Shown here: positions 40,262-52,140 of the stretch, piece after piece
How positions within the stretch are numbered: the stretch's first letter is position 1
Layout of the letters: the number at the start of each line of letters is the position of its first letter
Assembly (NCBI RefSeq): GCF_036588685.1
Contig: NC_086379.1
Coordinates: 55,800,001-55,864,000, forward strand
Origin: Mytilus trossulus
Lineage: Eukaryota
DNA length: 64,000 nucleotides
Direction: 5' to 3'
Position numbers and translations under genes: made by a program
The notes under the pieces: model-generated
The model's input: the letters and a program-made list of their open reading frames with translations, nothing else
Told to the model about the DNA's origin: nothing
The model's database searches: none

Positions 40262-41170
40262 TTAAATACCAATGTTTTAATTTTCTACCCCTCGAATGCA
40301 TATCCTTAGTTGTATTTGGCATTTCCTCTCGAAATTTTGTTCTTCAATGCTCTTAAACTTCGTACTTTATTTGGCAATTCAACTTTTTTATTCGTGCGTC
40401 ACAGGTGGGGTTTTTTTTTGTAGACGAAACGAAAAAATCGTATTTTTTCGTTATGAATATTCTAATGTATTCATCATAAAGGTATAAGGTAATTACATTA
40501 TATCATTAAAGAAATATTTTTGAAACACAAGGATTTCATAATCAGGACACAGGCACTTGTTTCTGTCAATGTGGGGTTTACTATCCATACCAGTACACAC
40601 AAAAAAAAACACAAGGTAGCTAACGGAAATTTTCAATCTGTTCGCTTCAACCAATATTTTTTTAATTTCCTTTGTCTTGTTCACGAATAAAAGTACATCA
40701 GTCTTTCGGTAATTGACTTATCTTTACAATGAAACAACTTTCACGTACCTTGAGAATACCCCTCAAACAGAATAACACACTTAAGATGAGATGAGAATTA
40801 TTGACCTTTTTCAAGACCATTGAATTTGTAAGGACTAAAATTTGGTTTAATTCATCTGGTTACCTGTTTATTTATACTAGTTACCAGTATCCAGAAAAAT
40901 GTGACCAATGGGATTGCACAGTTATGTTCACTTCCTAAGTTCATTCTGCTTTTTACCCTGAAAGAATATCATCCAGCCTACTGTTTTTAATCAAAACTCC
41001 TGTCTTGTTTTTTTCCCTAGCACCCATAAAAATCAAATGGTAGCTCCCTTCGGATTTAGGTCAGGTCAGTACAGAAGATCTTGACTATATATACTAATCT
41101 GATGATAATCTGGGGCCTAACAGTCAACCCGCAGTGAAACATACACAGTGCTACACAATAAGACTTCATT

Positions 41171-41528
41171 TTATGAATTGAATGTTTCTTTTTGTAACTT
41201 CATTGGGGTGTAAAAGCGTTGAGCGAAGTACATTTTGTATTTCAGCGCTTCATTCTAAAAATGTGCGCACGGTCAACGCTTTTACAACCCTATGAAGTTA
41301 CAAAATTAAGCATTCAATACTTATAATTACATTTTTTAGTTATGATCATGAAAACACAAATTTTGTATTATTTTTATTTAATTCACCTGTGCACTTTATT
41401 GTGGGACCACGTGTTATCGTGAATGGTAAGTTTTATTGAGTAATGCAATTGCTTAAGGAATAACACGTGATGTGCAGTTAGCCAATCATAATGAAGTACG
41501 ATAATGAGACATACAGCTAATGTAATTA
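41171..41528. mobile_element. Hairpin-plus-tail repeat, copy 4, 37 nt beyond the gene C stop
   Basis: Full-length match to the other copies. Confidence 0.8.
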
Positions 41529-41565
41529 TTAAGTTAAGTGATACAGGTAAAGACAAATGGTTTAT

Positions 41566-41992
41566 TCAGGATTTATATAATAGAACAATCTGGATTATTA
41601 ACAGAATACCCTTTACCAGACTGAATCTAATTGTAACAGATGCATTCACAGGGTCCGGTGCGATGGTTGCTACATCTAATTTTGGAAGAACAAGTGGTTG
41701 TTTTGTAGTTTTTGATAGTTGTTTTGATGGTGTTGATGTTGGTGTTGTTGTCGCTGTTTTTGCTGTTGTTTTTTTAGATAGTACTGTCGTTTTTACTGGT
41801 TGTAATGTTTGTAGTGGTTGTTCTATTGAGTCGGTTGGTACCGGTGAAAGATAAAGATATTCTTCATTAAGCCAGTAATACACCCTGTCCTCGAATAGAA
41901 AAGAACCTGTGGTTGGCTGTAGCTTCATTTGGATATATTCTTCATCGTCTGCAGTGTATGGTGGCCATATTTGTGCGTTAGAATTTGGGTTT
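41566..41992 (-). CDS. Carboxylesterase-like gene C, terminal exon (GNPN..WPPY..RVYYW, Thr/Lys-rich stalk, GPI-signal-like tail)
   Basis: Acceptor tttttcag at 41993; in frame with donor at 42944; spliced product 653 aa; AATAAA overlaps the TGA. Confidence 0.9.
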
Positions 41993-42423
41993 CTGAAAAA
42001 TGAAAACTGTTCTTAAATTGACTATAAGCAAAAGTATAAGTATAAGCAAACATGTTTATTACTTAGTACAGTTGTCTCTAATTACATTCTCTTATTTGAA
42101 CTTTGGTTGATAGTTGTCTCATTGGCAATCATACCAGATCTCCTTTTACAGTGAAATCTTAGTCCTTTAGCACAACTAAGGATACGTTTTGATATTGGAT
42201 ATTTTAATTGTGCACGCTAACAGAGTACTTAAACAGTTCAGCTGGCTGGCACCCATTTAAAAAAAACTTAGTAATGCGCAGTAGTTCATACGAAACGAAA
42301 AATCTAAAGTAAAAAAGCATTTTGCTAGCAATAACATAATGACATTTAATTTAATCCCTACACAATTGCAACGGTTAATATCTTTCTTTATCACCATTAT
42401 TGAAGATTGGACTTTTTTTCAAC

Positions 42424-42985
42424 TGAAATACTACTTGAAATACTCACCCTGTTTTGATGAAATAACTGTAAATTTGTGTAGTGGAGTCAGAAATGAAATA
42501 CTACTTGAAAATATTCACCCTGGTTTAATGAAGTTACTGACCATTTGTATAGTGGATTCAGAAATGAAATACTACTTGAAAACACTCACCCTGTTTTGAT
42601 GAAGTTACTGTACATTTGTATAGTGGATTCAGAAATGAAATACTACTTGAAAACACTCGCCCTGTTTTGATGAAGTTACTGTACATTTGTATAATGGATT
42701 CAGAAATGAAATACTACTTGAAAACACTCACCCTGTTTTGATGAAGTTACTGTACATTTGTATAGTGGATTCAGAAATGAAATACTACTTGAAAATACTC
42801 GCCCTGTTTTGATGAAGTTACTGTACATTTGTATAGTGGATTCAGAAATGAAATACTACTTGAAAACACTCGCCCTGTTTTGATGAAGTTACTGACTATT
42901 TGTATAGTGGATTCAGAAATGAAATACTACTTGAAAATACTCACCCTGTTTTGATGAAGTTACTGTACATTTGTATAGTGGATTC
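42424..42985 (-). repeat. 71-bp minisatellite (8 units) made of gene C's exon end + splice donor + intron start
   Basis: Donor positions recur every 71 nt: 42944, 42873, 42802, 42731, 42660, 42589, 42518, 42447. Confidence 0.95.
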
Positions 42986-44479
42986 TGCAAATGCTATAAG
43001 TTCTTGTGAAATAGCAGCTGGATCAATCGTTTGATAAGATTTAATTGCTAGTAAATATACAAGTGCGTCATTTTGGACAGTTCCGTCCATCCAGGTCAAA
43101 CTTGTGAGTATATCATCCAGTGGCGATTTTTGAGACCAAAGGCAAAGATAATTATTTTCACCGAGATTATAGTCGGTATGATCGTACATCAGCTCCGAAA
43201 TTGGTACATAATTATAAAAATCTCCAATTAATCTTAAAACATTACGGCTTTGTTCTGTGACGTCACTTGAGGTGTATCGATTGCATATGTTATTTATCAT
43301 CTGCTGTTTATTTTCTGGTGGCAAATGAGACTCAGCAATGGTTGGGACAACAACATCGCAAAGAACGGATTTCGGAATGTTCTTTGTTATGTCAAAATTG
43401 TATTGTGTTTGATAAGGAATTAGCTGTTCGTAAACCTTAAGTGCATGTTCGTTTTCAGATACTGTTGTCAATAGATCAACGGGTAGGATCTCTGTAAAGT
43501 AAAGATCTTTAATAAAATCGTTATCAAAAACTGGTCGAAAATCAAATTCAAGTTTCAATTTAGAAAACCCATTCGCGGTATCCACTGCTGTTTTTGTCTC
43601 ACTTATTAATTCTGCTTCAGTTTTAGAAGTTAAACAGTCATAAATTTCCTTAGATTGCAACCTAAATTTTGAATTGCTTGGACATAAAGCTCTTGTTAAA
43701 GCTCTCGCAATTGACATTATGAAGTCAAAGTTTTCCCCAACGACATTTCCATACAAATGAGAAACATCGGAATAAATCAAAAGTCTTTGAAAATTTCCGT
43801 CATTTAATTTATGATGTGCTTGTAGAGTGGCAGATACTGCACCGGCACCGAATCCTGCAAGTGTGATTTGATCAGAATCGCCTCCAAAGGCATTTATATT
43901 TGCTTTTATCCATTCTATTGCCATTTTCTGATCCCATAATCCAAAATTTCCAGGAATAAAAGAATCACCAGTTGAAAGGAATCCAAAAACACCTAATCGA
44001 AACGCTACAACTACGTTAATCACGTCACCGTACAAAACTAAATCTGACGTTGGTTGAAGTCCTCTCTGGCCAAACTCGAAGTTGTCTCCTGCAAACCATA
44101 TAACTACTGCTTTTTTGGTGATAATTTTTGTATTTGATACCGGAACGAATACATCTAGTAAAAGACAGTCTTCACTGACATCTGTACTTGGAAGAAAGCC
44201 TGCTAACTCTGGAACTATAGCTTGGCTGCATATTTTTCCTCCTGGTTGTGTGCAGTCTTTTGTGCCTACCCAAGATTTTACTGGTGTTGGTTTCTTGAAT
44301 CTTTCTGGGGGTTCAGCATAAGGAATTCCATAGAAACTTTGAAGAAACATGTTATTTATAGACGTGGACACTCCTTCTACACTCCCCGTTGTTGTTGTAG
44401 CAACCACAGTATTCATGCTTGATTGACTTTTAGACAACATAGGATACAACACAACCAAAAACACAACTCGAAAAAACAT
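42945..44479 (-). CDS. Carboxylesterase-like gene C, main exon; predicted catalytically dead (Ser->Gly in GFGAG, His->Gln)
   Basis: GIPYAEPP, SEDCL, GNFGLWDQ, FGGD motifs; ATG directly after acceptor ttccag; donor gg|gtgagt. Confidence 0.93.
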
Positions 44480-44755
44480 CTGGAATACATTTAATTACAC
44501 TTATTTCAATCGCAGTTGAGAAACAAATAACAATGCAACACTTTTGTATTTAAACCACAATCTTTACTATACATGAATACCGCTTAAGCAAGACTACAGT
44601 ATCAGGGTCGTCATACACTTGCAGTGATGTAATAGTTCGGGTTTGGTCTTTTTTGCATTGTGTTGAAGGCTTCACTGTGAAGAATGTGAGATGAAGAACA
44701 GCAATAAAAGGCTGTTACTTTGCTTTTTGCGTGGTTTGTTTATGTTATACGTTTA

Positions 44756-45045
44756 GGCAGCAACCATTTGATTTTCTGGGGGGGGGGGGGGGGGACTATG
44801 GTTTTATTTGGAAAAAAAGTTTGTTTCCAGGTTTTGGTGAAAAAAATAATTTGTTTTGGACCCTGAGAAAGAAAAAAAATGTTTGTTTCACCCTCAGCTG
44901 CCACTATATGTTATGCTACAATTAAAAGAAAAAAATTGTTTTCCGTTTGTCGCTAAAAAAATAGATTGTTCTTCGCCGAAGGCGAAAAAAAAAGTTTGCT
45001 CAGAAAAAAAACCATAACCCCCCAGAAAATCAAATGGTTGCTGCC
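44756..45045. mobile_element. PIF/Harbinger-type MITE upstream of the gene C coding exon
   Basis: TTA TSD; perfect TIR ggcagcaaccatttgattttctggggg. Confidence 0.88.
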
Positions 45046-46234
45046 TTACTGTTTTATTTTGTGTCATAGATGAATATCCCATATCCTTTGCGTTTCTATG
45101 GTATAATTAGAAGCGTGTAATGATGAAACATTTTTACGATGTGAAATGTGGACTTAAAAGTCAGAAAAAAAAATGTATTAACCTTTTCCACATGCTTGGT
45201 AACTAACTTGGATGGTTTATTGGTTGTTAAAAACGTCAGGTATTAATGTCACAAAAAATAGTACCAATTCTAATGAACTATTTATGAATAAGCACAATAC
45301 CTTATTTGGCCACAACCTGTTTGACGCACACGAGTTAAACAATCGCTGGGTTCCAGTTTACACAATACCACCCTCGCCCTTTTTTCTAGATTGAAAAAAC
45401 AAAAAAAATCTTAGTTATCTGTGTATCTGTTTGTGGGCTGTAGTTTCTTGTGCGTCTTTTAGTTTTGTTTTTATCATTTGTTGATCTGTTGGTATCTATC
45501 TGTTCCCCAATTTCTATAGGTATTTGATTATTTCTATTGTTTGAATGAATGATGAACATCTGTTTTTACTTAGCTATTCAGTCATGTTATTAAATATTTA
45601 CGATTATAAACAGTCCTTATAAATATATATACTTCTGTTCAGAAAGAAAAAGCTTTACGTCTGATCCTAAAAATATCATTAGTTATCATACAATATGCTC
45701 TATTTTCGGTGAATGAGCATAGGCAAATCAGTACGCAGAGTTTCTAGTCTCTTTATATGCATATTTTAATTTCAGATAGCGAAAAAAACTGCAGTTTAAC
45801 CTCTTTGATTTCTTGTCTACATAGTGTAGTACTGTGTAGTAGAAATTACTTTTTTATTTGAAACTCATCTCTTATTGGTTATTGGAAACATAATTTATGC
45901 AAATTTAAGAATCGGTAATCATCCACTTAAAATTGGGAATGGTTGATATTTGGGTCAAGAAGCCAAAAAACTTCATTTAAAAAAAAAGTTATATTGAACA
46001 AGATTTAAAAAGTATGCTAAAAAAATATTTTTGATTTTTTTTTTAAAAAATCAAAAATTTTAGGTTAAGAATAAAAACATAATAATTGGGTGATAGATCA
46101 GTCATCACGAATACTTTCCCGACTCCTTTTAAATTATATCAAAAGAGAACGGAAATATTTGAAATAATATCAAAAAAAATCATCTTTATTTTATATTGAA
46201 TATACATGTGCACATATATACGACATTACCGGAC

Positions 46235-46445
46235 TTGCATTTCCTATCATGATTTCCCAGAAAAAGTGTTACTGCTTTAAATGAAGCTATTGAAACAAGA
46301 ATTCAAAGTGCGTTTCTTCGAAAATTTTACGAACGGCATCACGAGTTGGTTGACAGGTATAGAATATCTGTTTCACAAATGACGACTGATATGTTTCTTT
46401 TGTCTTTACCATAATTTCGTCCACTTTTCCTCGAATTTGATCTAC
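46235..46445 (+). mobile_element. Penelope-like element 3' ORF relic
   Basis: Reads LRKFYERHHELVDRYRISVSQMT, resembling the C-terminal part of mollusc PLE ORFs. Confidence 0.6.
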
Positions 46446-48750
46446 AACACTATATTTATCTCCTGGTTTGAACTTAATAAGTCAGCAAACATTCGTATCC
46501 CTGCCACATTCTGTACATGCCTATCCCAAGTCAGGAGCATGTAATTCAGAGGGTGTCGTTAGTTGCTGTATCTCATATTTGTTTTTCGTTCATTGTTATG
46601 CACATAAATCAGACTGTTATGTTTTTTCGTTTGATTTGCTTTATATTTGTCATTTCGCGGACAATGTGGTATGGGTTTTGATCATTATTGAAGACCATTC
46701 GGTGGCCTATTGTTGTAATCTTCTATTTCATTTGGTCTCTGTCGGAGAATTATTTCATTGGCAATGAAACCACATCTTCTTAATACCATTTAACATGTAC
46801 AAACATTTTATTTTAAATTTTAACATTAAGATGCATACTTAGTTATGGAACTTTTTTGCTTACCTTCGTGTTTTGAATAAACTCGAAAAGAAATGTCACC
46901 CGAACTTTGAATTTTTATCCCAATTTGATAACCGTATCGCATGAAGGCCTAACAATAACAACCAGCATGACTGAAGTTTATCCAAGGCTTAAATTTATAT
47001 TGTGTTGGTACTGGTTTATATGTATTTTTCTCATTAAAACATTGAAACATGACTTATTTACACTAATACACAGTAAAGGTATGACAAAAGATCTTTGGTT
47101 GTGGGGACGGGTATATAGCGTTTGGTTCAACAAACAAGAACCGTATCAGTGGACTATATATAGTTCAAAATGGTTATCAAAAGTATAAAGCAATCAACTT
47201 TACAATTAAAATAGTATAATATCATTATAAACTTAATATAGATTTTAAGACTATTTCCATCTATAATATTTACGCCTCCTCAGTAGCATTCGAGTTAAAA
47301 GTTCTGGTGTTTTCTGTCTGTGTATATCACTGTTATAGACACAATAACTAGTAATTGGTTCGATTCTGTAGATCTTGTATCATTGTATTTCTACTCGGCT
47401 TTAAATCCTATCAACTACTAAGTATATTTTTGTTAAAAACTGGGTATTTTTCAGAGGATGTGTGATACCCTACAAAAAATAGTTTCATGCCCTCTCCCTT
47501 TTTCTCCAAAACAAATTGTCAGTATCTGAGTTTGATGTGTTTCACAAGAACGATGCAATACAATTTAAAACTCATTTTTATGAAACTGTTGTTGTGATAT
47601 TTTATAGTTTGTAGATACTATTCGTTTTTGAATAAAAAAAAACATGTTTAAACTAAAATGTCAGGTGTAAAAACATTGAAAATTGTAAAACGATCATTTA
47701 GAAATAGCTGCGTTCAAAGGCCAAACACGGGATCCCTACAGTTAAATATACTGTATTCTGGTAGACATATTAAGATACAAAGGTACATAGAAGAACATTT
47801 ACATATACACTAACATAAAAGTACATAGATTGGGGTAAAACAAAACAATAAGAAGAGCAAAGCTACACAAATATGTTAACCTGCTATAAAAGTATACAAT
47901 GTATATTAAATTGAAAACTTTAAAATATGAGAGAGGAGGGGGACATCCAATAACTACGTTTATGATTTAAATTAATTTACTCAAAATGAACTTAGATTTT
48001 TATATTGTTAGATAAGTTCCCTTAATTTTATAATGACACTCTTTCGTAAATTTTGTATCTAGTTATTCGAGCTCAAGTCATATAATTATATAAAAGACAT
48101 GATTGCCTTGCATAAAGTTTTTTAACATTAGATAATAGTCTGTTTTTTTAAGTAAGTATTACATGGAACTGTTTTAAACTTAAATAAACACAATTATCTA
48201 AATATTTCTTTAGATGATATACATATTTAGACAAAGAAAATATCTTTTACATAGTATTTCTGAATATCATGTGTTTGGAGAACGACATAAAAAAATTAGC
48301 AAAATTTCTTTCCAAACTGAGTGTTTTGAATATCTAATTATTGAAAACAGTTGTTCTTTTGTTTATTACCAATATTTCTGGACGTGGAGTATTTTAGACA
48401 GCAAGGGCAATTGCCCAGTGTATTCTTAGAGATCTATAATACAATAGCTGAATTCAAAATTAACCAGAACAATCCATATGTAGCTCAGTACAGACTTTGT
48501 GCTTGGTATATACAATAAGACCAATGATAAGGATCGTTGAAGCCTCTACTTTTCAAAATTTAATGCATTGTCTTATAATTTTGCAATTAGCTAAAGTAAA
48601 GCATAATCCATTACCTATCATAGATGCCATCATGGTACTCAAATATCAAACAAATGCGTGTATCTAGTGTCTCATATTTTTTCAAGTTAACCCATAGTTT
48701 TGAGACGTTTTAGCAAGAGTTACGTAATATCAAAATTAGACAAAAAAAGT

Positions 48751-49168
48751 TTAGACGTAATTAACAATAAGGATAAAAGGAATGGTTAATAGTACACGAA
48801 GGTCAGACTTTAAAATGTTCATGTGATTGTTAAGGCTTTCTGTGCTGGTTTCAGTTATGGTTTCGGTGATGGTTTCACTTGTTTCTCTTGTTGCTATCTT
48901 CTTGATGGTCATGTCTGACACAGTGCTAATTTGTTGAGGGCAATGGGTGGAAGTAATTGGCATCCGTTCTGACGTTGATGTCAAATTTGTACGAGGGATG
49001 CCAAGAAAATCTGGAACAGTCTCCATCCAAAACTGCATGCGGTCTTTATACAAACTATGCTCTTTGTGTATACTGAAGTTGCTACTAAAATGCATATAGT
49101 ACTGGTTTCTGATATCATATACAGGCCAGATTTTCAAGGACTCGTCTGCAGGACAAGGATTAGGGTTT
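48751..49168 (-). CDS. Carboxylesterase-like gene D, terminal exon (GNPN..WPVY..RMQFW, Thr/Ser/Glu stalk, GPI-signal-like tail)
   Basis: Acceptor ttacag at 49169; in frame with donor at 50330; spliced product 637 aa. Confidence 0.88.
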
Positions 49169-50330
49169 CTGTAATTAAATATAAAAGGATAAAAATAACA
49201 TTTATGTAAAAGTAAATATCAAACAATTCAAACATAAAAATGTAAAACTATACATTATTTATGTCATGCGTCCTAATCGCTTTTTCCTATTTATCTTCTT
49301 CGAGAACGCTTAAAACCAAATTTTTGAAAATCTTTATTTTGAATTTAAAATTTTGACTTTTGAAATCTCTAATTTCATTTTTTTCTATTCAAACACAGTT
49401 TAATACTATTCTGGAAGGAGTGGACATGGAAGCAAATAATTAAATTATATTCAAAAATGTTTTTTTATTCAATCATTACATGGATTAGCATTTAATATTA
49501 AAGAGTTCATTCGGTATAAGAACATGAATGTTGACAGAAAAAAATGTTGTTTCCCATGTTTTAGTTTCTACGACACTGTGATATTAAGTCGAAATTTCAA
49601 GGTACTAAAAGTCAATAGTAAGAACTTTGAGTTAAAGTCGATATTTTCAGATTTGAAAAACAAGTTTTTTTATGTGTACTATATCCCTAATACGCTTCCG
49701 TAGATGTCTTTTGTCCCTTAATCAATAACGAATCATAAAGCTATGATTTCACAAAAAAACAGACTTTATCAAAACCAATAACTTGGGATGAATAATGAAA
49801 ATTACAAACTGTAAACAATGTGATACCACTAGATAATAAATCATTCGAATTCAAAATACCAAACTGCATAACAGCAAAGAAAAGCAATTGTGATTGTATA
49901 CACTGTTGTTAAATTTGAGCATTTGGAAAATCTTAATGACTGTCAATTCACCACATATTTTTTGAGGATCCTACTTGATTGAACCAGTAAAACCTCCATC
50001 GACTTTGTCTCAGTATATTTTTTTATAAAGTCAGAATTTTACAGCATTAAAGATACAGACAACATAATCTTTGTAATGTAATCATGTCACTGAGCCGGAA
50101 GGATTTGCGCATGCCTTTCTGTACTTGTCTTTTTCAAAGTTTAAACTATCTTATTACCTACATTTACACGTATTATACTATAAAATTGAGAATGGAAATG
50201 GGGATGTGCCAAAGAGACAACAAACAACCTGACCATAGAGCAGACAACAACAGAAGGTCACCAACAGGTCTTCAATGCAACGAAAAATTCCCACGCCCGG
50301 AGGTGTAAATATATTTGATTTGATTCGTAC

Positions 50331-51826
50331 CCATAAACAACAAAATTACTCCAGTACTTCATGAATGTATCTCCCAGATTTGTTTCTTCTGCCTTGAAGG
50401 AGAATCCATAGTCTATGTTGATATCTTTCAATGATAAATATATAGTCGTTGTACCCGGCGAGGGTACCATGTTCCACACACTTTGAGCAAGATTGTCCAC
50501 AGGGTTGACAGCTGAAAACAATCCTAAAAATCTGCTGTTTTCAGTATTTGTCAAGTCATGGATTTTCAGCATATTTATGATAGGCGAATAATACAAGATA
50601 TCCCCGATCAGCCTAACAGCATCCCTGCTCTGTTCCACGGAATCACTTTTTGTATAAAAATTGCAAATTAGGTCTTTAAGGTCTTGTCTATTTTCAAAAA
50701 ATAGACTAACAATATGTGTAACTATTTTGTTACAAAGCACATCTTTTGGGACACCTTCGTTGACATTTATGTTGTATTCATTTTCAATTTCAGAGACAAA
50801 GGTCGTGAACTTTATCATTCCTTCGGCTGAAACACACAGACTTAAAACATCCACGGGGAGAATGGCGTTAAAATTTGCTGTTTCTGAAATGAAATCGTTA
50901 TCAATAACAGGACCCACAGCAAATCTCAATGATTTCGATGTTGGATAGATGCTATTTACTGCATCTAGAAGTTCTGTAGCTGGTTTTCTTACAAGACAAT
51001 CGTAAATTTGTTGTGACGTAAAATTAAAATCTCCAGACGACGTAGCTTGACAAGAGTGTTTTGCTAGCTTTTGAGCAAATTCTTCTGCATCTGTAACAAT
51101 AGCTTCCTTTGAATCCGGGAAACCTGAATGTACTATAATACGATGGATTTTGTCCTTGTTTAAAGAATGTGCTACCTGTAACCCGACAAATAAAGCACCG
51201 ATTTTTAGACCAGTCAATGTAATTCGGAAAGGGTCACCACCAAAAGCATGGATGTTTTCATTGACCCATTCTATAGCCATTTGTTGATCCCACAGACCAA
51301 AATTCCCAGGAATGACGTTATCTCCTGTCGACAAAAAACCAAATATATCAACTCTGAAAGAAACATACACAAATATAGCATCGCTGTATAACCCTAAGTA
51401 TTTAAAAAATGTATAAACTGATGTTTGTGCGGTTCGAAAATCTCCTGGTATCATTATGACAACGGGCTTTTTGTTGTGTTCTGATAAAGATCTTGGGACA
51501 TAAATATCAACGTATAGACAGTCCTCGGTGAGTTCTGAGTTTTGAAGCTGTTGTTTCAATTGGTCAGAAATAGCCTGCATACATAGTTTTCCTGGGTTCA
51601 TTGCATTCAATGTAGAGTTCCATTTATTAGACATTTTTTGTGGTTTCTTGAACCTTTCAGGCTGCTCTGCATACGGAACTCCATAAAATCGATAGATTTT
51701 CGCTCCATTGAATGGTATTTCCTTACCCATTACTACACCAGATGGCGTGTTAACAGTTACTGGAATTTGACAATTCAGTGTGTCAAAAAGAATAGCAATA
51801 ACTACTATCTCAAAAACACGTAACAT
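50331..51826 (-). CDS. Carboxylesterase-like gene D, main exon; predicted catalytically dead (Ser->Lys in GLKIG, His lost)
   Basis: GVPYAE, TEDCL, GNFGLWDQ, FGGDP motifs; ATG directly after acceptor tttcag; donor gg|gtacga at 50330 (ORF track reads into the intron). Confidence 0.92.
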
Positions 51827-52140
51827 CTGAAATTATAAAAAATACATTTTAGTTACACTAACATTCAGCAGTGAAGTATGTAGTGTGTATGGCTTTAGTT
51901 TTCGAAAGGTGTTTAGAACTTTCTTTTCAAAAAATTTCAAAGAGAAAAAAGTACTTAAAAATAATTCTGTAACTAAAACACAACGGGAAGCAGGGAGAAT
52001 TTACTGTATAATAACGAGAAGGCTAAAAATGAATACAATGCACGAACTCACTCAATCAATACTGATAAAACAATAGTATCTGGAGACTTGACGTTAAAAC
52101 GTGTTCTTGTGGGTAGCAATTAGTTACCAAGTTGTAGTAA

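Noticed and set aside
42424-42944. Repeat units acting as in-frame cassette micro-exons
   Set aside because: The AGs in the unit give 56- or 53-nt exons, which shift the frame
50258-50330. C-terminal YESNQIYLHLRAWEFFVALKTCW on gene D
   Set aside because: Read-through past the conserved phase-2 donor into intronic repeat sequence
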